Positions 28,033-32,000 of a stretch of 32,000 bases of DNA are shown in pieces. Every line of letters starts with the position of its first letter. The first letter of the stretch is position 1. Both the position numbers and the translations under genes were made by a program. The stretch lies in assembly GCF_001481685.1 (NCBI RefSeq), contig NZ_CP006867.1, positions 420,001 through 452,000 on the forward strand. Direction: 5' to 3'. The notes under the pieces were generated by a model. That model made no database searches, had not been told where the DNA came from, and saw nothing but the letters and a program-made list of their open reading frames with translations. The stretch comes from Ignicoccus islandicus DSM 13165. Its GTDB lineage: Archaea; Thermoproteota; Thermoprotei_A; Sulfolobales; Ignicoccaceae.

Positions 28033-30624
28033 GTGAGAGCACTAGCAATAACCCTCTTGATAATGGTAACTGTGCAAGCTCTGAGCTTGACGGAACTGTG
28101 GAGCTACGTTGCTCACGGTATAACGGTTGGTATTGCGTTTTCAGAGGACGGAAAAATGGGAATCGCGCCAGCATGGGATGGCTGTGCCCACATACTAGAT
28201 CCCGACGGAAACTTGATCAATAAATTTTGTGGGAAGAGTAGCATGGATGATGTGTCCTATCTCAACAATAAATTTGGATTCGTTAACTTTGATGGTTATG
28301 CTTACATCCTAAATCCCGATGGAACGCTTTGGAAGAAGATTTACGTTGGGAGCGATTACGGAGAGGCAATTGTTATGCTTCCGAACGGATTTATCGCGTG
28401 TTGGTATCGATGCGCGTACTTCGACTTCAATGGAAATGAACACTGGGACATCAACGTAGGAGTGGTCGAATATCGACCGAGCGTTTACAACAATTACATA
28501 TACATAGCGGACATGTCGTGGGATAAACTCATCGTAGTAGAGCTAAATTCCGGCAATATCGTTAAAGAAATAACTTACGATGAACCAGTTGATGATACAG
28601 CAGTTTGTGGCAAGTACTTAGCGGTTACTACGGATCACTACTTGTACCTATATGAGATTGATGATCCCTTAAACCCGAGAGAGCTTTGGAAAGCTAGCGG
28701 ATTCGATAACAGTGGCAGTTATGAGAGAGGTGGCATCGCGTTCTCGCCGGATTGCAGATACTTGGCTGTGGCCGACCGAGGCAACAATGAATTAAAGCTA
28801 TTCAACGTAAGGGGCGAATTAGTTCTAACTAAGGAATTTCCTTCAGGCGTATGGTCGGTCGCTTGGTGGAACGATAGGATAGCAATAGGTCTTGGGAACC
28901 ACGAAGTCCACGTATACAAGCTAGAGGGCTACACGCCGACAAAACTATCTCCTAAGCTCCCTCCCTCGAACGCTTACGTCCTAACCGTCACTAACCCCAA
29001 CTCATACGGCCTCGAGGACTACCAAGTTAGAGTAGAGCTGCCAGAGGACCTCAAGGGCAAGCCAATCTCAATAACCTACAACGGGAACTCAGTTCCGTTC
29101 TGCTACGAGACCTCAATCGGTGAATGCACCACTGACCCAGCGCAAGGCAACGGCTACGTCTGGATAAAGGTACCGGTAATTCCGGCGAACGGACAAACCA
29201 TGCTGAACGTGATAGTAGGTACCAATGGAGCAGTTAATGGAGATCAAGTGTTCGATTTCTATGACGACTTCAATAGCGGAATAAGCTGGAGCAAGTGGTT
29301 ATACGATAGCTATTACGTGAACTGGCATAAAGCTGGACCAAACGGTTACATAGAAATTACTGCCGATACCGGTTGCGACGTAGTCATGGTTGGCAAGAAG
29401 AAGCTCACCTACGTCAAAGGCACTGTTGGCTTGGCCTTGGAGTGGCGCCAGAAGTACAAGTATGAAATAGCCAACAGCGGATGGGACGTATTCTATCCGC
29501 AAATACAAATAGAAAACAACGATTGTAGCGGAACGAGTGGAAGGTACTTCCTGCTGAGCGTATACGGTGATCACGCTATATGGAAACACGAAGGAACCTC
29601 GTGGAAATACTTAACACCTAGAGGCACTGGATCTCGAGACGGTAATTGGCATCTCTACCAAGGTATAATTACCAGAGATTTCAATATCATACTAAAGGAG
29701 GACGGAAGCAAGACCATAGCCAATTACAAGGAGAACTCGTGGATCGGCTTGAGCGGTTACTTGACCTTCAGAGAGGGTCGAGAATACATAGACTGGGTTA
29801 GGGTTAGGAAGTACGCTGACATAGAGCCTTATTACCACTTCCAGACTACCACGAGTACTACTATCACGAAAACTATCACGAAAACCGTTACCCAAACGGC
29901 GATCCACTACGTTACTTCTACAATAACTAAGACCCTCACAGTAACTCCAGTAGCGGGGGCAGTCCCTAAGCCCTCCGTCCCCCAATCCCTCAAGCCTTTA
30001 ATTGAGAAGATGTATGAGCCTTACGACGACTTGGACAAGGCCTATAATTCCTTGAGCAAAGTGAACAACCCGTTGGTAGATGCGATTAGGAAGGAGATGC
30101 AGAAGAGGGCGTGGAGCATTGCGGAACTGGGGAGGGTCAAGTCGACCTTGAACCAATTGCTCAACTACCTATCCGATTACTTGGAAGCAAGGGAGAGGCT
30201 GGAGAAATTGCTTGACAGCGAGGCCAATTACACTACAGTGTTCGAAATATCCAATTTGGTTCAGAGGATGAAGGTCGATTACGGGATGATGGAGAAGCTC
30301 TCCCAAGAGCTGGCCAACCAAGTTAGGGAGCTCAAAGCGAACGAGCCCTCTGTTGATCTTCGAGCGGTCAAGGCCCAAGTGGGGGACTTGAATCAGTTGC
30401 TCAACAAGTTGGGGAGGAAAATTAGCGTTAAGGAGATGTTCGAGCTGAAGAAGAGGATCGAGGTAGTAGGAATAGGGAAGGTCATAGACGCGTACTTGAA
30501 GGAGAAGGTGGAGGAGCTAAAGGAGACCTACGATCAGTTTTCCAAGGCTTGGAACTCCTTGATGGCTCAAATGAAGAGCGAGCTAGGGACTTACGAGGAG
30601 ATAGCCAAAGTGGTGAGCGGGTAA
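28033..30624 (+). CDS. large predicted secreted/surface protein: beta-propeller-like N-terminus, DUF2341-like and LamG-like module, Thr-rich linker, coiled-coil C-terminus
   Basis: 863 aa; signal-peptide-like MRALAITLLIMVTVQALS; GITVGIAFSEDGKMGIAPAWDG / GIAFSPDCRYLAVADRGNNELKLFNVRGE propeller-like repeats; CYETSIGECTTDP; FYDDFNSG; TTTTSTTITKTITKTVTQT; long heptad-like C-terminus. Confidence 0.85.
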   Translation: MRALAITLLIMVTVQALSLTELWSYVAHGITVGIAFSEDGKMGIAPAWDGCAHILDPDGNLINKFCGKSSMDDVSYLNNKFGFVNFDGYAYILNPDGTLWKKIYVGSDYGEAIVMLPNGFIACWYRCAYFDFNGNEHWDINVGVVEYRPSVYNNYIYIADMSWDKLIVVELNSGNIVKEITYDEPVDDTAVCGKYLAVTTDHYLYLYEIDDPLNPRELWKASGFDNSGSYERGGIAFSPDCRYLAVADRGNNELKLFNVRGELVLTKEFPSGVWSVAWWNDRIAIGLGNHEVHVYKLEGYTPTKLSPKLPPSNAYVLTVTNPNSYGLEDYQVRVELPEDLKGKPISITYNGNSVPFCYETSIGECTTDPAQGNGYVWIKVPVIPANGQTMLNVIVGTNGAVNGDQVFDFYDDFNSGISWSKWLYDSYYVNWHKAGPNGYIEITADTGCDVVMVGKKKLTYVKGTVGLALEWRQKYKYEIANSGWDVFYPQIQIENNDCSGTSGRYFLLSVYGDHAIWKHEGTSWKYLTPRGTGSRDGNWHLYQGIITRDFNIILKEDGSKTIANYKENSWIGLSGYLTFREGREYIDWVRVRKYADIEPYYHFQTTTSTTITKTITKTVTQTAIHYVTSTITKTLTVTPVAGAVPKPSVPQSLKPLIEKMYEPYDDLDKAYNSLSKVNNPLVDAIRKEMQKRAWSIAELGRVKSTLNQLLNYLSDYLEARERLEKLLDSEANYTTVFEISNLVQRMKVDYGMMEKLSQELANQVRELKANEPSVDLRAVKAQVGDLNQLLNKLGRKISVKEMFELKKRIEVVGIGKVIDAYLKEKVEELKETYDQFSKAWNSLMAQMKSELGTYEEIAKVVSG

Positions 30625-30720
30625 AGGAAGTTTTTGTTTCACTCTCTAAAGTTAAGAGTTCTCAAAAACCACTTCGTTAACTTGGGGACCCTAAAAGGTT
30701 GAACGTAAGCAAATAAAAAT

Positions 30721-31905
30721 TTACCTTTGACAGAGTAAAGTAACCGGGTTCAGTTGGGTTACAGTTAGTGTTGCCGTACAAGGCCCTATGGCTAGAACTT
30801 GTAGCGGACCTTTGGCAATGGTCCACACGAACTGACCTCCGCACGGACCCTTGGTCCACGAACCCCCATAGGCCTTGTATACTGTGTTCGTTCCAGCGAC
30901 TTCGCTATAAACGGTAAAGCCCTCGCCGACGTATATGGTCGGGCAACTGCCTTTACAGCTGATCACAGCTACGTTACTCGATGGAACTAAGAATTCCATT
31001 GGAACGTAGTTCTCCGCAGAAATCACAGCCGTTCTGTAAGTGGTCTCGTATGTAACTTTCTTCACTAAATCGGTTGCCTTAACGCATCCGCTTACCGTAG
31101 CGTACTCGGTGTTAGTAACTACTGTAGTTACGGTCTCGGTCACTGTAACTGTCTGGGTCAACTTAACCGTTACGACCTTAATTGAGTTAGGTAAGCTCTC
31201 CTTGGTTGTCGAAAAGGTGACGTTGAAGTAACCGAACTTCTTCAACAAGCTGAAGGCTATTAGGAATTCGGCGGTTGCCTTGTCGTCCGGCAGACCTATT
31301 TCGTTCTTCAAGAACCCTTGGGGGGATAGCCTCTTCGCTAGCTCCTTGGTCAGTTCGTGATTGCCGTATAGCTCGTTCAGAGCAGAACACCATATTAAGG
31401 CCTCTAGTGACTTTACTTCGTTCATCAAGTCCAACAATGAATATATCCAAGGCGGTTCCACGCCAATTAGCTTGGAGAAGAACCCTGCCTTGCAAGCGCA
31501 AGCCAGGCCGGAGTCGATCACGTCGAGCAGGCTAGCGCTCTTCACGTCTTCAACGAAGCTCTCCCACGAGGGCATTCCTACCATTGCGTATACGAAGGCC
31601 TTCTCGGCTTTCGAACAGATCGTATTGGACTCTACTTCCAACAAGTCCCTCGGTACCTTATACCCCATTATCTTCAATGCGAGCGCTGCTTCCAGTTTGT
31701 AAGTTACGCCTTCGCCTTTCAACGCCTTTTCAATTAAGAGCTCGTTAGGCGTCATTCCGTTCATTACTTGAGCCAGTATTAACGCACCGGGATACTTGCC
31801 ATTAACTTCCAAGTAATCCATCGAGGCTTTCAGGTCCACTGAAACTGCATAGCTCAACGAAGCTATCAAAAGGAAGGCCAACGTAACGCTACTCCATTTA
31901 AGCAT
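30721..31905 (-). CDS. predicted secreted protein with Thr/Val-rich segment, 394 aa
   Basis: Signal peptide MLKWSSVTLAFLLIASLSYAVSV; VTVKLTQTVTVTETVTTVVTNTEY; several Cys residues in the C-terminal region. Confidence 0.8.
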   Translation of the reverse strand: MLKWSSVTLAFLLIASLSYAVSVDLKASMDYLEVNGKYPGALILAQVMNGMTPNELLIEKALKGEGVTYKLEAALALKIMGYKVPRDLLEVESNTICSKAEKAFVYAMVGMPSWESFVEDVKSASLLDVIDSGLACACKAGFFSKLIGVEPPWIYSLLDLMNEVKSLEALIWCSALNELYGNHELTKELAKRLSPQGFLKNEIGLPDDKATAEFLIAFSLLKKFGYFNVTFSTTKESLPNSIKVVTVKLTQTVTVTETVTTVVTNTEYATVSGCVKATDLVKKVTYETTYRTAVISAENYVPMEFLVPSSNVAVISCKGSCPTIYVGEGFTVYSEVAGTNTVYKAYGGSWTKGPCGGQFVWTIAKGPLQVLAIGPCTATLTVTQLNPVTLLCQR

Positions 31906-32000
31906 ACGTCGAGCCCTAGAACCAGTGCTAGATTTACACAGAAAAAGTTACCCCTAGCTAGCGAATGTACTATTCCCCTAGAGCTTCCTCTTATCGATTA

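Noticed and set aside
29862-29940. Threonine-rich ACx repeats in the 863-aa protein as a DNA satellite or CRISPR-like repeat
   Set aside because: The repeats are irregular at nucleotide level and explained by the Thr-rich coding linker.
31906-32000. Possible further gene at the window end
   Set aside because: Only 95 nt with stops in the frames checked; no recognisable coding signal.
1-32000. Mobile element, CRISPR array, toxin-antitoxin or defence island
   Set aside because: No transposase, integrase, spaced direct repeats, Cas-like or restriction-like proteins found among the ORFs.

Overview
This window is a gene-dense chromosomal segment of a hyperthermophilic crenarchaeon. The gene content and style suggest Desulfurococcales, possibly Ignicoccus-like; that placement is inference. 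Most of it is housekeeping. It contains a tRNA-Val(UAC) with a 17-nt canonical bulge-helix-bulge intron, V/A-ATPase subunit A, DAHP synthase, and two separated fragments of the S10/spc ribosomal protein cluster: uS19-uL22-uS3-uL29-x-Rpp29 and uL3-uL4-uL23, with uL2 absent. It also has a KaiC-like ATPase, a DRG/Obg-like TGS GTPase, a creatininase-family protein, a CBS-domain protein, PurF, RpiA, a SWIM-like zinc-finger ORF overlapping an Elf1-like gene, PurL, a GT-C-like membrane protein, PGK and a stand-alone 5S rRNA. The accessory part consists of predicted secreted proteins: a broken ORF pair at 4239-5931, an 863-aa protein at 28033-30624 and a 394-aa protein at 30721-31905. The clearest anomaly is a perfect 10-bp tandem duplication (5075-5094). 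It breaks one 560-aa secreted-protein gene into two ORFs, and removing one copy restores the frame exactly. I saw no CRISPR array, transposon, integrase or obvious defence system, and no convincing evidence of a wholly new biological system. The best leads are the frameshift, the shuffled secreted-protein modules, the small Cys protein in the ribosomal cluster, the long SWIM/Elf1 overlap and a few candidate structured RNAs.
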